A stretch of 53,368 nucleotides of DNA, taken from positions 1-53,368 of the IMG/VR virus record IMGVR_UViG_3300030388_000656; one strand, 5' to 3'. Below, piece by piece: positions 34,992 through 46,100 of the stretch (position 1 is the first letter of the stretch; each line of letters begins with the position of its first letter). The translations under genes were made by a program, and so were the position numbers. This DNA is from a virus (lineage: Duplodnaviria > Caudoviricetes). The notes under the pieces were generated by a model that was not told where the DNA came from, ran no database searches, and saw only the letters and a program-made list of their open reading frames with translations.

Positions 34992-37417
34992 AAGCAGTCA
35001 CAATAGATATACAATCTGCTGCGTTCCCTGATCAGTTCGTATCCGATAAACAAAAAGCTTCTAAGGAGTTCGGATTACAAGTCGGTCAAGCTATACAATA
35101 TGAATGGTTTAGAAAGGATGGCATGAATTGTAGATTTTATTCTCAATGGGCCGATTTCAATAGACTAAGATTATATGCGAGGGGAGAGCAGTCAGTAGGA
35201 AAGTACAAAAACGAATTAGCAGTAGATGGAGATTTGTCTTATCTAAATTTAGACTGGACTCCTGTTCCTATTATCCCAAAATTTGTGGACATAGTAGTCA
35301 ACGGAATGTCAGATAGATTGTTTAAAGTTAATTGTGTATCTCAAGATGCAATGTCTGCTGAGAAGCGAAATGATTTCCAGAAGATGGTGGAGGTTAATGT
35401 AGCTGCTCAAGATTTATTTCACCAGGTAGAAAAAGATTTTAACATGGAGGTGTTTCAGGTTGATCCTAAAACTTTACCTCAGAGTGATGCAGAGATGGAA
35501 TTATATATGCAGCTTAACTATAAGCCAGCTATAGAAATTGCAAACGAAATTGCTATCAATACTATGTTCGAGGAAAGTCATTATGTAGATACTCGTAAAA
35601 GAGTTGATATGGACTTAACTACACTGGGTATTGGTATAAGTAAACATTCATTTTTACCAGGAGCAGGGGTTCAAGTAGATTACGTTGATCCTGCGAATGT
35701 AGTTTATAGTTATACAGAAGATCCATACTTTAAGGATTGCTTTTATTGGGGCGAGATTAAAACAGTTCCAATTTCAGAAGTAATAAAAATAGATCCAGAA
35801 TTGACAGAAGAAGATATGGAAGAGATATCCAAGTATAGTCAATCTTGGTATGACCATTACAATGTAGCATATGAGAACAGCATGTTCCATAGAGATACTT
35901 GTACTCTTTTATATTTTAATTACAAGTCTACTAATAGTTTTGTATACAAGAAAAAGAAAACTGCTGAAGGTACTTTTAAGACAGTAGAAAAAGACGATGA
36001 GTTTAATCCACCACAAGAGATGATGGAGGAACAAGGCTTTGAAAGAATAGAAAAACGAATTGATGTTTGGTATGAGGGTGTAATGGTAATGGGTAGTAAT
36101 TTACTTATTCAATGGCAGATGATGGAGAATATGGTTAGACCTAATTCAGCAAGTCAAAATGCTATGCCTAATTATGTAGCCTGTGCTCCAAGAATGTATA
36201 AAGGTTCATTAGATTCTTTAGTTAAAAGAATGATTCCTTTTGCTGATTTAATTCAGATAACACATTTAAAAATACAACAAGTAGTTTCTAAGGTAGTTCC
36301 AGATGGAGTCTTTATAGATGCCGATGGATTAAGTGAAGTAGATTTAGGAACAGGAAATGCTTATGATCCATCAGATGCTTTACGACTTTACTTCCAGACA
36401 GGTAGTGTAGTTGGTAGAAGCTATACTCAAGATGGAGATTTTAATAATGCTAAAGTTCCTATTACACAATTAAATTCTAATAGTGGTCAAGGTAAAATGC
36501 AAATGCTTATTGGTAACTATAATCATTATTTAAATATGATTAGACAAGTTACTGGACTTAACGAAGCAAGAGATGCATCAATGCCAGATCCTAATTCATT
36601 AGTTGGTGTACAGAAACTTGCAGCATTAAATTCTAATGTAGCAACCAGACATATTTTAAACTCAAGTCTTTATATAACTAAGACTTTAGCAGAATGTTTA
36701 TCTATAAGAACAGCTGATGTATTAGAGTACGCAGACTTTAAAGATGAGTTTGCTATGCAGATTGGTAAATATAACTTAGGTATAATAGAGGATATAAGAA
36801 ATTTATACATATATGATTTTGGAATCTTTATTGAAATGTCACCTGATGAAGAAGAGAAAGCTCAGCTTGAGCAGAACATTCAGATGGCTTTACAAAAAGG
36901 TGGTATTGACCTGGAGGATGCTATTGACATCAGAACTATTAACAATCTTAAGATGGCTAATCAACTCTTAAAAGTTAAGAGAAAACAAAAAGCTACAGAA
37001 GAACAACAACAAAAAATGCAAGCTCAAGCTATGCAAGGAGAACAACAACAACAACTCCAGGCAGCAGCAGCACAAGCTAAGATGCAACAAACTCAAGCTG
37101 AAATACAAGCTAAGATTCAAGTCAAACAAGCAGAAATTGCTTTTGAAATTGAGAAGCAAACTAATGAAGCTGAATTAAAACGTAGGCTTATGGATGTTGA
37201 GTTTAATTATCAAATGCAGTTAAAAGGAATGGCAGAATCTCAAATTGATCAAAGAGAGAATCAAAGAGAGGAAGCTAAATCAAGTCGTATAAGTCAAGCA
37301 AATACACAACAATCTAAAATGATAACACAAAGGAAAACAGGTGGACAGCCTATAAACTTTGAGTCTAATGAAGATAGTTTGGATGGGTTTGATCTATCTG
37401 AGTTTAATCCAAGATAG
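34988..37417 (+). CDS. Portal protein
   Basis: 809 aa after terL; IIPKFVDIVVNG motif, TGLNEARD, Q-rich helical C-terminal barrel. Confidence 0.8.
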   Translation: MKAVTIDIQSAAFPDQFVSDKQKASKEFGLQVGQAIQYEWFRKDGMNCRFYSQWADFNRLRLYARGEQSVGKYKNELAVDGDLSYLNLDWTPVPIIPKFVDIVVNGMSDRLFKVNCVSQDAMSAEKRNDFQKMVEVNVAAQDLFHQVEKDFNMEVFQVDPKTLPQSDAEMELYMQLNYKPAIEIANEIAINTMFEESHYVDTRKRVDMDLTTLGIGISKHSFLPGAGVQVDYVDPANVVYSYTEDPYFKDCFYWGEIKTVPISEVIKIDPELTEEDMEEISKYSQSWYDHYNVAYENSMFHRDTCTLLYFNYKSTNSFVYKKKKTAEGTFKTVEKDDEFNPPQEMMEEQGFERIEKRIDVWYEGVMVMGSNLLIQWQMMENMVRPNSASQNAMPNYVACAPRMYKGSLDSLVKRMIPFADLIQITHLKIQQVVSKVVPDGVFIDADGLSEVDLGTGNAYDPSDALRLYFQTGSVVGRSYTQDGDFNNAKVPITQLNSNSGQGKMQMLIGNYNHYLNMIRQVTGLNEARDASMPDPNSLVGVQKLAALNSNVATRHILNSSLYITKTLAECLSIRTADVLEYADFKDEFAMQIGKYNLGIIEDIRNLYIYDFGIFIEMSPDEEEKAQLEQNIQMALQKGGIDLEDAIDIRTINNLKMANQLLKVKRKQKATEEQQQKMQAQAMQGEQQQQLQAAAAQAKMQQTQAEIQAKIQVKQAEIAFEIEKQTNEAELKRRLMDVEFNYQMQLKGMAESQIDQRENQREEAKSSRISQANTQQSKMITQRKTGGQPINFESNEDSLDGFDLSEFNPR

Positions 37418-37445
37418 TGGCTTAAGAATTAAATTAAATTAGTAT

Positions 37446-37453
37446 TAACTTTG
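37446..37453 (+). promoter_or_regulatory. -7 box TAACTTTG
   Basis: TAnnTTTG upstream of the scaffold/capsid genes. Confidence 0.65.
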
Positions 37454-37468
37454 TAAAAATTAAATCAA

Positions 37469-38605
37469 ATGGAAAATCAAAAAATCGTTGTAAAAGAAGT
37501 CACAGGACTTGAAGAGAAATCATCTCAAGAAATTGAGCAAGCTTTACTTGCAAAACATGAAGAGAAATTCTCAGTAAAAGATGAATCAACTACGTCAGAT
37601 GAACCTGTAGTAGTTAACGAAATAAAGGAAGAAGCTAAAGCTGAAACCCAAGAAGCTCCCTCATCTGAGTTAAAAGATGAAGACGTTCTTTCTTATATAA
37701 AGAGTAGATATGATAAAGATATCAATTCGGTAGATGAGTTATTTGAAACGAAAGAATCAAATGAAACTTTACCAGAAGATGTTGCAGCATATTTTAAGTA
37801 CAAAAAAGAAACTGGTCGTGGAATTGAAGACTTTGTAAAATTACAAAAAGACTTTGAGGATATGGACAGCGACCAAGTGTTGACTGCTTTCTATTCATCT
37901 ACCGAAGAAGGGTTAGATGCTATAGACATTCAAGATATTATTGAGGATAAGTTTTCTTATGATGAAGATTTAGATGATCCAAAGGATATTAAGAAAATTC
38001 AGTTAGCAAAAAAACGAGAACTTGTAAAAGCTAAAAAGTTTTTGAATGAACAAAAAGATAAATATAAAACTCCTCTTGAGTCAAGTGGGGGTGGATTATC
38101 TGATGAGGACAAACAAAAATATGATAGCTATAAAAGTTATATAGAGGAATCAAAAACCACTCAAGAAGCACAGCAAAGAAGGTATGATTATTTTCTCAAT
38201 AAAACCGATGAGGTTTTTAACGATGAATTCAAAGGTTTTGAGTTCAATGTCGGAGAGAGTACATTTACTTTTAAGCCTGGTGATAGAACTGAGCTAAAAA
38301 ACAGACAATCAGATGTAAATAATTTCGTGAACAAGTTCATGGATGAAAAAACAGGAATGATTAATGATGCGAAGGGATACCACAAAGCTATGTCGGTTGC
38401 AATGAACATAGACAAGTTTGCTGAATTTTTCTACAATCAAGGGGTGACTGCGACTGTAGATAATGTAAGTAAAAAATCTAAAAACATTAATATGAATGTG
38501 CGACAAGCACCTGGTATTAGAGCTAAGGATGGTCTACAAATTAAAGCAGTTGGCGATACGAGTAGTGGAAGAGGACTCAAAATTAGAAGTATAAAAAATA
38601 ATTAA
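37469..38605 (+). CDS. Putative capsid scaffolding protein
   Basis: Acidic and helical, lies between portal and major capsid genes. Confidence 0.6.
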   Translation: MENQKIVVKEVTGLEEKSSQEIEQALLAKHEEKFSVKDESTTSDEPVVVNEIKEEAKAETQEAPSSELKDEDVLSYIKSRYDKDINSVDELFETKESNETLPEDVAAYFKYKKETGRGIEDFVKLQKDFEDMDSDQVLTAFYSSTEEGLDAIDIQDIIEDKFSYDEDLDDPKDIKKIQLAKKRELVKAKKFLNEQKDKYKTPLESSGGGLSDEDKQKYDSYKSYIEESKTTQEAQQRRYDYFLNKTDEVFNDEFKGFEFNVGESTFTFKPGDRTELKNRQSDVNNFVNKFMDEKTGMINDAKGYHKAMSVAMNIDKFAEFFYNQGVTATVDNVSKKSKNINMNVRQAPGIRAKDGLQIKAVGDTSSGRGLKIRSIKNN

Positions 38606-38624
38606 TAATTAAAAATTTAAAAAA

Positions 38625-40043
38625 ATGGCAGTACAAGGCTTACCAGGATTTGATCTACAACCCTCTTCGGAGAGAGTAGCACTTCCTTCAAATTACATTA
38701 CCAACTTCGATTTCTTAAATCAATATCTTCCAGATACATACGAGAAAGAATTTGAGCGTTATGGTAATAGAACAGTAGCATCATTCTTAAGAATGGTTGG
38801 TGCTGAGATGCCTACTAATTCAGATATGATCAAATGGGCTGAACAAGGTAGATTGCATACAAAATATGTAGATGTAACTTTAGCAGTAACAGGTGGTACT
38901 GTAGGTGTATTAACAGTTAATGATGTATTAAATCCAATAGGATCTAACATCGCTGTTAGAATTGGACAGACTATCTTTCTTTCTGACAATACTCCAGGAT
39001 CAGTTATCAGTAACAAAGCTGTTGTAACAGGTGTTACACAGAATACTATTACTGTAGCATTCTATGAGATCGCAGCAGTAGTTCCAGCAACTCCTTCAAA
39101 ATTAACTGTAATGATTTACGGTTCTGAATTTGCGAAAGGAACATCTGGAATGGTTGATTCATTAGAAGCAAACGATGTTTTCTTTGATAACAAACCAATC
39201 ATCATCAAGGATACTTACGAAGTAAGTGGTTCTGACATGGCACAAATTGGATGGGTTGAAATTCAAACTGAGAATGGTGGATCAGGGTACTTATGGTACA
39301 TGAAGTCTGAGCACGAAACTCGTTTACGTTTTGAAGATTATCTTGAAACAGCTATGATTGAAGCAGTACCAGCAGCTCCAGGTTCAGGTGCAGAAGCAGC
39401 TTTATCTACATCAGCAGCAGGTGCAGGAATAATCAATGCAGGTTCTGAAGGTGTATTCTATGTGGTAAACAATAGAGGAAATGTTTGGGGTGGTGGAAAT
39501 CCAGTTACTCTTGCAGGTTTCGATACTGTTATCCAAAGACTTGATAAGCAAGGTGCTATTGAAGAAAATGTAATTTTCGTTGATAGACAATTCTCTTTTG
39601 ATATAGATGATATGTTAGCAGCACAAAACTCTTACGGAGCAGGTGGTACTTCATATGGTTTATTTGATAACGATGAGGATATGGCTTTAAACTTAGGTTT
39701 CACAGGATTCCGTAGAGGTTATGATTTCTACAAGTCTGATTGGAAATACCTAAACGATGCTTCAATGAGAGGTGATATCGTTGGTGGAAAAGTTGGTGGG
39801 CTTTTAGTTCCTGCTGGTTCTACATCTGTTTATGATCAAGTAATGGGCAAGAATGCTAAGAGACCATTCTTACATGTTCGTTACAGAGCATCAGAAACTG
39901 AAGACAGACGTTACAAAACTTGGATTACTGGTTCTGCTGGTGGTGCAAGAACATCTTCTTTAGATGCAATGCAAGTGAATTTCTTAAGTGAAAGAGCTGT
40001 ATGTACTTTAGGTGCAAACAACTTCTTTATCTTCAAGGACTAA
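38625..40043 (+). CDS. Major capsid protein
   Basis: 472 aa; position after portal and scaffold; WAEQGRL and IIKDTYEVSGSD motifs; strong downstream terminator. Confidence 0.8.
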   Translation: MAVQGLPGFDLQPSSERVALPSNYITNFDFLNQYLPDTYEKEFERYGNRTVASFLRMVGAEMPTNSDMIKWAEQGRLHTKYVDVTLAVTGGTVGVLTVNDVLNPIGSNIAVRIGQTIFLSDNTPGSVISNKAVVTGVTQNTITVAFYEIAAVVPATPSKLTVMIYGSEFAKGTSGMVDSLEANDVFFDNKPIIIKDTYEVSGSDMAQIGWVEIQTENGGSGYLWYMKSEHETRLRFEDYLETAMIEAVPAAPGSGAEAALSTSAAGAGIINAGSEGVFYVVNNRGNVWGGGNPVTLAGFDTVIQRLDKQGAIEENVIFVDRQFSFDIDDMLAAQNSYGAGGTSYGLFDNDEDMALNLGFTGFRRGYDFYKSDWKYLNDASMRGDIVGGKVGGLLVPAGSTSVYDQVMGKNAKRPFLHVRYRASETEDRRYKTWITGSAGGARTSSLDAMQVNFLSERAVCTLGANNFFIFKD

Positions 40044-40054
40044 TTAGTTAATTG

Positions 40055-40088
40055 AAGGGGAGGCTTAAACTCCTCCCCTTTTTTTTTT
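40055..40088 (+). terminator. Intrinsic terminator
   Basis: aaggggagg-cttaaact-cctcccctt followed by a T tract. Confidence 0.85.
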
Positions 40089-40111
40089 AAATCAAATTAA
40101 ATTATAATAAA

Positions 40112-40855
40112 ATGAAAAAAAGTAAAACAATCGTAGCTAAAAACTACAAGTTAATGTCAAACGCTACACCTTTAGCGTACATGTTATCCTCTCACCATTC
40201 TAAGAGATCTAATCTTTTATACTTCGATGAAGAGTCAGGAACTAACCGAGCACTATGTTATGCTCGAAATCAAAAATCTCCTTTTCAAGATGCTCATGAT
40301 GGCAATGCCATTTTAGAGCCTATTGTTTTTGAAGATGGATTTTTACATGTAATAAAACAAAATCAAGTTCTTCAAGAATTTCTATCTTACCATCCTGGTA
40401 ACGGATCTATTTTTGAGGAAGTTAACACAGCAAGAGATGCTCAAGAAGAATTGGATGTTGAAACCATTATCTTAGAAGCTCAAATACAAGCTCGTGATTT
40501 ATCTATAGAAAAACTTGCAACTGTAGGAAGAGTTCTTATGGGTGCTGCTGTAGATACTATGAGTACAGCTGAATTAAAAAGAGATGTATTAGTATTCTCA
40601 AGAAACAATCCTATGGAGTTTATGGAAATTTTAGAAGATCCTACATTACAAATTCAAGATGATGTAGTTCGATTATTTCAAGGAGGATTTTTAACTTTAA
40701 GGAATCAATCAAAAGACGTTTACTTCAACACTAAAACTAACAAGAAAAAAATGATATCAGTTCCTTTTGGTGAAGAGCCAGAATACATGGTAGCAAGTTA
40801 TTTTAAAACTGATGAAGGAGTAGAGGTTTACAAGCTTTTAAAGAAACTTATTTAA
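40112..40855 (+). CDS. Hypothetical conserved phage protein
   Basis: 247 aa ORF between two terminators. Confidence 0.75.
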   Translation: MKKSKTIVAKNYKLMSNATPLAYMLSSHHSKRSNLLYFDEESGTNRALCYARNQKSPFQDAHDGNAILEPIVFEDGFLHVIKQNQVLQEFLSYHPGNGSIFEEVNTARDAQEELDVETIILEAQIQARDLSIEKLATVGRVLMGAAVDTMSTAELKRDVLVFSRNNPMEFMEILEDPTLQIQDDVVRLFQGGFLTLRNQSKDVYFNTKTNKKKMISVPFGEEPEYMVASYFKTDEGVEVYKLLKKLI

Positions 40856-40873
40856 TTAAGACTTTATGAAATT

Positions 40874-40903
40874 AAGAGCACCCTAATAAGGGTGTTTTTT
40901 TTT
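40874..40903 (+). terminator. Intrinsic terminator
   Basis: gcaccct-aata-agggtgt followed by a T tract. Confidence 0.8.
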
Positions 40904-40906
40904 ATC

Positions 40907-40914
40907 TATCTTTG
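40907..40914 (+). promoter_or_regulatory. -7 box TATCTTTG
   Basis: Exact match. Confidence 0.7.
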
Positions 40915-40947
40915 TGTATTATTAATCCATTAAAACCTTTTTATAAA

Positions 40948-41226
40948 ATGGCAAAATTTCTAAAAATTACGAATGCTCCTATCACTGGTCAATTGATCAG
41001 TCTTGATGGAGTTAAAGCAGTAGGTACAGCCTCTGCTACAGCAGCAGTAGTAACAATCGACTATGTTGATGGAACTACTACAACAATCACAACAGCAGCT
41101 CAGGTTGGGCATGATGTTTACAATGCAATTGTAAACTCACAGGAAACAGCTTTAGCTACTTCTTGGCAGAATCCTTATTATGAGTTGAATCTACCAAGAG
41201 CAGTGACAAGTATTTTGAATGCATAA
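40948..41226 (+). CDS. 92 aa Ala/Thr-rich protein, candidate virion decoration protein
   Basis: Start moved to ATG 40948 (MAKFLKIT); has its own promoter and terminator. Confidence 0.65.
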   Translation: MAKFLKITNAPITGQLISLDGVKAVGTASATAAVVTIDYVDGTTTTITTAAQVGHDVYNAIVNSQETALATSWQNPYYELNLPRAVTSILNA

Positions 41227-41249
41227 TAGCTGTATTTTTTGATTTAAAG

Positions 41250-41285
41250 AGAGGCCTACAAAAAAAGTAGGCCTCTTTTTTTTTT
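41250..41285 (+). terminator. Intrinsic terminator
   Basis: agaggcctac-aaaaaaa-gtaggcctct followed by a T tract. Confidence 0.85.
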
Positions 41286-41287
41286 AT

Positions 41288-41295
41288 TATCTTTG
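41288..41295 (+). promoter_or_regulatory. -7 box TATCTTTG
   Basis: Exact match upstream of 41314. Confidence 0.7.
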
Positions 41296-41313
41296 TAGAA
41301 ATGTTTATATAAT

Positions 41314-42267
41314 ATGGCAGCATCAATAAATGAAGTAAGAAATACTGTATTGGCGATAGCGAATAAAAATAACTATGGATATATATCTCCACAAGATTTT
41401 AACCTATACGCTAAGCAAGCTCAAATGGACATGTTTGAGGATTATTTCTATCAATATAATAATTGGATTAATAAAGAAAACTCCAGAACTTCTGGTACTG
41501 GATATGCCGATATAGTAAAAGGTTTAGTAGAGGTTCTTGATAGTTTTTCTACTCAGGTTTTTTTAGCTCAAGCCAATGCTAATCAGTTTAATTTACCTTT
41601 AGATTATTATCTAATTAATAAATTGTTTTTCTATTCAGTTCCTTTATTTACAGGAACTTGTGCTGGGCCAGTTGCAAATCAATTAATAGATCCAACAGCT
41701 GTAGGATGGACAACCATACCTGCTTCAGCACCAACACCTAACATAGGTACTATCGTAGTAAACACTACTACATTTCAACAAGCATATGTAACTGGAGTTG
41801 TTAATACAACCACAGTAACACTGAGTGCTGATATATTTTTAGCAGTAGGTAATACTTATATTATATATTCTAATACAAAAATTAAAGAAGTAGAAAGAGT
41901 CAGTCAAAATAAAATATTTCAATTAACAAGTTCTATGTTGACTGCACCTTCAAGAACTTATCCTGCTTATGTATTAGGTGGTAATACAGTAACAGTATAT
42001 CCCTCTACAATAATGAATGCAGGTGATGTTCAAGCACAATATGTAAGATACCCTCTTGATCCAAGATGGACATGGCAAGCTTTAGTGGGAGGAGAACCTT
42101 TGTTTGATGAGACAGCTATTGACTTTCAAGAGTTTGAATTGCCTGACTCAGATGAGCCTACATTAATTGCAAAGATCTGTCAATACATAGGTATTGAAAT
42201 TAGGGAAGAAATGGTCTACTCATTTGGATCAAGTCAAGAACAAATAGAAACTCAAGAAAGTAGTTAA
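41314..42267 (+). CDS. Structural protein (tail ring/adaptor-like)
   Basis: NK...GYISPQDFNLYA.QAQ N-terminus, Y.R.P..P.W and FELP motifs; position after capsid genes. Confidence 0.6.
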   Translation: MAASINEVRNTVLAIANKNNYGYISPQDFNLYAKQAQMDMFEDYFYQYNNWINKENSRTSGTGYADIVKGLVEVLDSFSTQVFLAQANANQFNLPLDYYLINKLFFYSVPLFTGTCAGPVANQLIDPTAVGWTTIPASAPTPNIGTIVVNTTTFQQAYVTGVVNTTTVTLSADIFLAVGNTYIIYSNTKIKEVERVSQNKIFQLTSSMLTAPSRTYPAYVLGGNTVTVYPSTIMNAGDVQAQYVRYPLDPRWTWQALVGGEPLFDETAIDFQEFELPDSDEPTLIAKICQYIGIEIREEMVYSFGSSQEQIETQESS

Positions 42268-42269
42268 TT

Positions 42270-43190
42270 ATGGCATATATTACAGATTATCAATATTACG
42301 AAAACAGTCAACAAGTACCTACTGATGCTAACTGGGGATCATATCAATATGTTTCTTTAGAAGACATAGTAAATAACTTTATGTTGATCTATCAGGGAAA
42401 CCATGAGATAGTAAATAATCTAAATCGTTATCAAGTTTTGTTTCATGCTAAGCGTGGAATACAAGAGTTGAATTACGATGCGATGAAAGAAATTAAAATT
42501 TTAGAATTAAAGGTTTGTGATCAGTTAAGATTTGTGCTTCCTCAAGATTATGTAAACTGGGTAAGAATTTCTTTAATGGAAAATGGCATGCTATTTCCTA
42601 TGACTGAAAACATTCAAACAAACTGGAGTGGTGCATACTTACAGGATCATGATTGTCGAATATTATTTGATATTGATGGGAATGTATTAAAGCCTCACAA
42701 TTCTTTCTTTGACATAAAAAGATTAGCTGGTACTCAACAAAATATGTACTTAGGTAGTGGCCCTTATAATGGACAGATGGGATGGAATGTAGATGGCAAT
42801 TGGTGTTTTGATTATAATGTTGGAGATAGATTTGGATTAAATACTGAGACAGCAAATGCTAACCCTACTTTTAGTATAGATAAAAAAGGGGGAGTTATTA
42901 ATTTTAATTCTGGAATGAACAATAAGTTTGTGGTTTTAGAATATGTTTCTGATGGATTGGAAAGTGGAGATGACTCAAGCGTAAGTGTAAATAAACTATT
43001 TGAAGAATTCATATATGCGTATATTCGATATTCTATTTTAAATGGCAGGTTTGGAGTGCAAGAGTATGTTGTAAACAGAGCAAGAAAAGACAAAGCTTCT
43101 TTGCTTAGAAATGCAAAATTAAGATTAAGTAACATACACCCTGGTAGACTTTTACAGAACCTAAGAGGCCAGGACAAATGGATAAAGTAA
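42270..43190 (+). CDS. Structural protein (tail ring/adaptor-like)
   Basis: HAKRGIQEL.YD, LPQDYVNWVRIS, LEYVSDGL. Confidence 0.6.
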   Translation: MAYITDYQYYENSQQVPTDANWGSYQYVSLEDIVNNFMLIYQGNHEIVNNLNRYQVLFHAKRGIQELNYDAMKEIKILELKVCDQLRFVLPQDYVNWVRISLMENGMLFPMTENIQTNWSGAYLQDHDCRILFDIDGNVLKPHNSFFDIKRLAGTQQNMYLGSGPYNGQMGWNVDGNWCFDYNVGDRFGLNTETANANPTFSIDKKGGVINFNSGMNNKFVVLEYVSDGLESGDDSSVSVNKLFEEFIYAYIRYSILNGRFGVQEYVVNRARKDKASLLRNAKLRLSNIHPGRLLQNLRGQDKWIK

Positions 43191-43191
43191 T

Positions 43192-46100
43192 ATGGCAGAT
43201 ATTAGAACAAATTTTATAGCAGGAAGAATGAACAAAAGTGTTGATGAACGATTAGTTCCTCAAGGCGAATATGTTAATGCTTTAAATGTTAGGTTAGGAT
43301 CTACAGAAGCTACCGAAATAGGTGCAGTTGAAAATTCTAAAGGAAATACTCAACTTACTTTTTTAGAATACAATGGTAATCCTTTGTCTAATCCACCAAG
43401 TAATCAAGACAGGACTACATTTTGTCTTGGTACATTTGAAGATGGAATAAACGAAACTATATATTGGTTTATACATGACTCAAATAATATTTCTTCACCA
43501 ACTGGTAAGGTAGATTTAATTGTTTCATTTGATACCAATACTAACACTACAACATATCATGTTGTTAGTACTTCTGTTTTAAACTTTGATCCTGAATTTT
43601 TAGTTACAGGAGTAAACAAAATTGAGAACTTATTATTTTTTACAGACGATAAAAATCCACCAAGAACTATTAACGTAAAAAGAAATTACGATGATCCAGT
43701 TGCAGGTGTTGATGGTATTGAAGAAGAAGATATAAATGTTGTAGTAAAGCCTCCTGGTTTTGAAGACTCGGTAGGTGGTAACATTCCTCTTCCTGTTCCA
43801 GGTGTAATTCCTGCAAGTTTCCCAGGTGATGAAAATTATATGGAGACACGATTTTTAGCTTTTGCTTATAGATATAGGTATACAGATGGAGGATACAGTG
43901 CTACTTCATTATTCTCTAAGCCATCTTTTCAACCCAGAGCATTTAGGTTTGATTTAGATAACTTTAATAATGCAGGAATGATTAACCGTTTTAACGGTGC
44001 TAACATTACTTTTTCCACTGGCTCTAAAAGAGTTACACAAGTGGATTTACTTTATAAAGAAAGTACATCTAATGTTATCTATGTAATAGAACGATATAAC
44101 AAAAAAGATTTAGGTTGGGCAAACGATGTAATTCAAAATTTAACTTTTACTAATAGTAAAATATTTACAACTTTAGGATCAGATGAATTACTAAGACAAT
44201 ATGACAATGTTCCAAGGATAGCAAAAGCTCAAACGATTCAAGGTAATAGATTGATTTACGGAAATTATGTAGATGGTTATGATATTACAAATAATAACAA
44301 TCAAAAAATTCCTATTGTATATACTACAGAACATGTAGTAGAAGAGATTGGTGGTGTAGGATTTGCACCTCCAGTATCTTCTCAGGGTATTGCATATAGT
44401 GTTGGATCTGGTACAGGTAATGTATCAGTGCCAAATTCTAAATTAACCTTTGACCTGAGTGTTTTAGACTTTCCTGTTTTAGCAGGACTAACACTTAATT
44501 TTGATGTTAATGTAGATTCTGCAACAGGAGTAAGTGGAGGTAATCCAAAAGTAACTGGGCCTTTAGGTGATTCAACATTTAATAACACTGGGCCTTTTAG
44601 TTTAACATGGAGCTTTACTGCAACTCAAACATATAACAGTATGTCTGATTTGGTTACCTCTACTCAGTTTCAACAACCAATAGGGGTTACAGCTCAAGCT
44701 AACTATCAACCTTTAATACCTGTTAATTTATCAAATCAAGGAGGAACATTAACTGACAGATTTAACTCTGCTGTTATTGCTCCACCATCTACACCTTTAC
44801 AGATAATAAACAGTTCTATTTCATCTGGATGTGCTACTCCAAACCCACCAGCTACTGCTATTTGTACTCAGCAAGGTTTTGGTTATGGAACTACATCAAC
44901 AGGATTCTTTATTCAATTGCCTGCAATACAAATGTATGCTGAAACAGATACTGGTGGTGTTATTACTGAACAAACAAGTCAAGTAGAATATTTTAAGTTT
45001 AACGATTTTTCAAGTACAGGTGGTTATCTTTTAACTGCTGATACTTATAGTTTACATAGTAACAGGGATTACGAAACAGGTATTGTATACATGGATAATT
45101 ATGGTAGAGCTTCTACTGTATTAGTTTCTAATGACAATACTATATTTGTTCCTTCGGCTAATTCTCCTGACAAAAACACATGTAAAGTAACACTATCAAA
45201 CTTACCTCCTTATTGGGCAGACAAATATAAATTTGTTATGAAGCCAAGTGAAGGTACATATCAAACTATTTATTCAGCTTTATATTATGAAGATCCTAAA
45301 GATCCTTCAGTATTCTGGTTTAAATTAGAAGGAGATAATACAAGTATTGCACAGACAGGAATGAATCTAATTGTTAAGGTAGATACATTAGGGCCTGTAA
45401 ACACTGAAGTAACTTGTAAGATATTAGAAATAAAAGCCTGGGGTGTTGATGAATTTTTCCCAGGATCAGGAAGTACTACTCCAAGTGTAGCAGGTTTATA
45501 TATGTGTATAAAGCCAGGTGGTTTTAATACAGCTATAGCTGATGATGCAACTATTGCTTATGGAAATAAATCATCTTCTTCTAACAGCACAAATTGTAAT
45601 CTTTCAAATAGTTATGATTTAAACTTCCCTGCAACAAGTGGATCTTCTGGCCCTTATGATTTGCCAGCAGGATCAAGTGTAAGAGTTAGCATTGATAACT
45701 GGAGAGGTCAAAAAGGAAGTAACTGTGGAAGTAGAAAATATAGATTTGACGAAACATTTACTGTAAGTCAAGATTATCCTAACTTCTATTTATGGTGGTA
45801 TGGAGATAATGTAGATATGACTACTGGTTCAGTTGATGGTATGAGTTGTACTCAACATTTAAATAATGGGAATGGGCCATATACAAGTAATGGTTCTGTT
45901 CCTTCAAGTTGTTTTGTTACAAAATTATTTTGTTTTACAAGTGGTACAGATTTATTTTTTAGAAATAGATGTGGAATACCAAGATGTTCAAGTTTCTGGG
46001 GAGATAAAAGACCTGGTCATGTTGGAACAAGAATTGAAGTTACCAGAGGTGGTGGTTTAATTGTATGGGAAACAGAACCAAATGAAGTAGATCCTAATTT

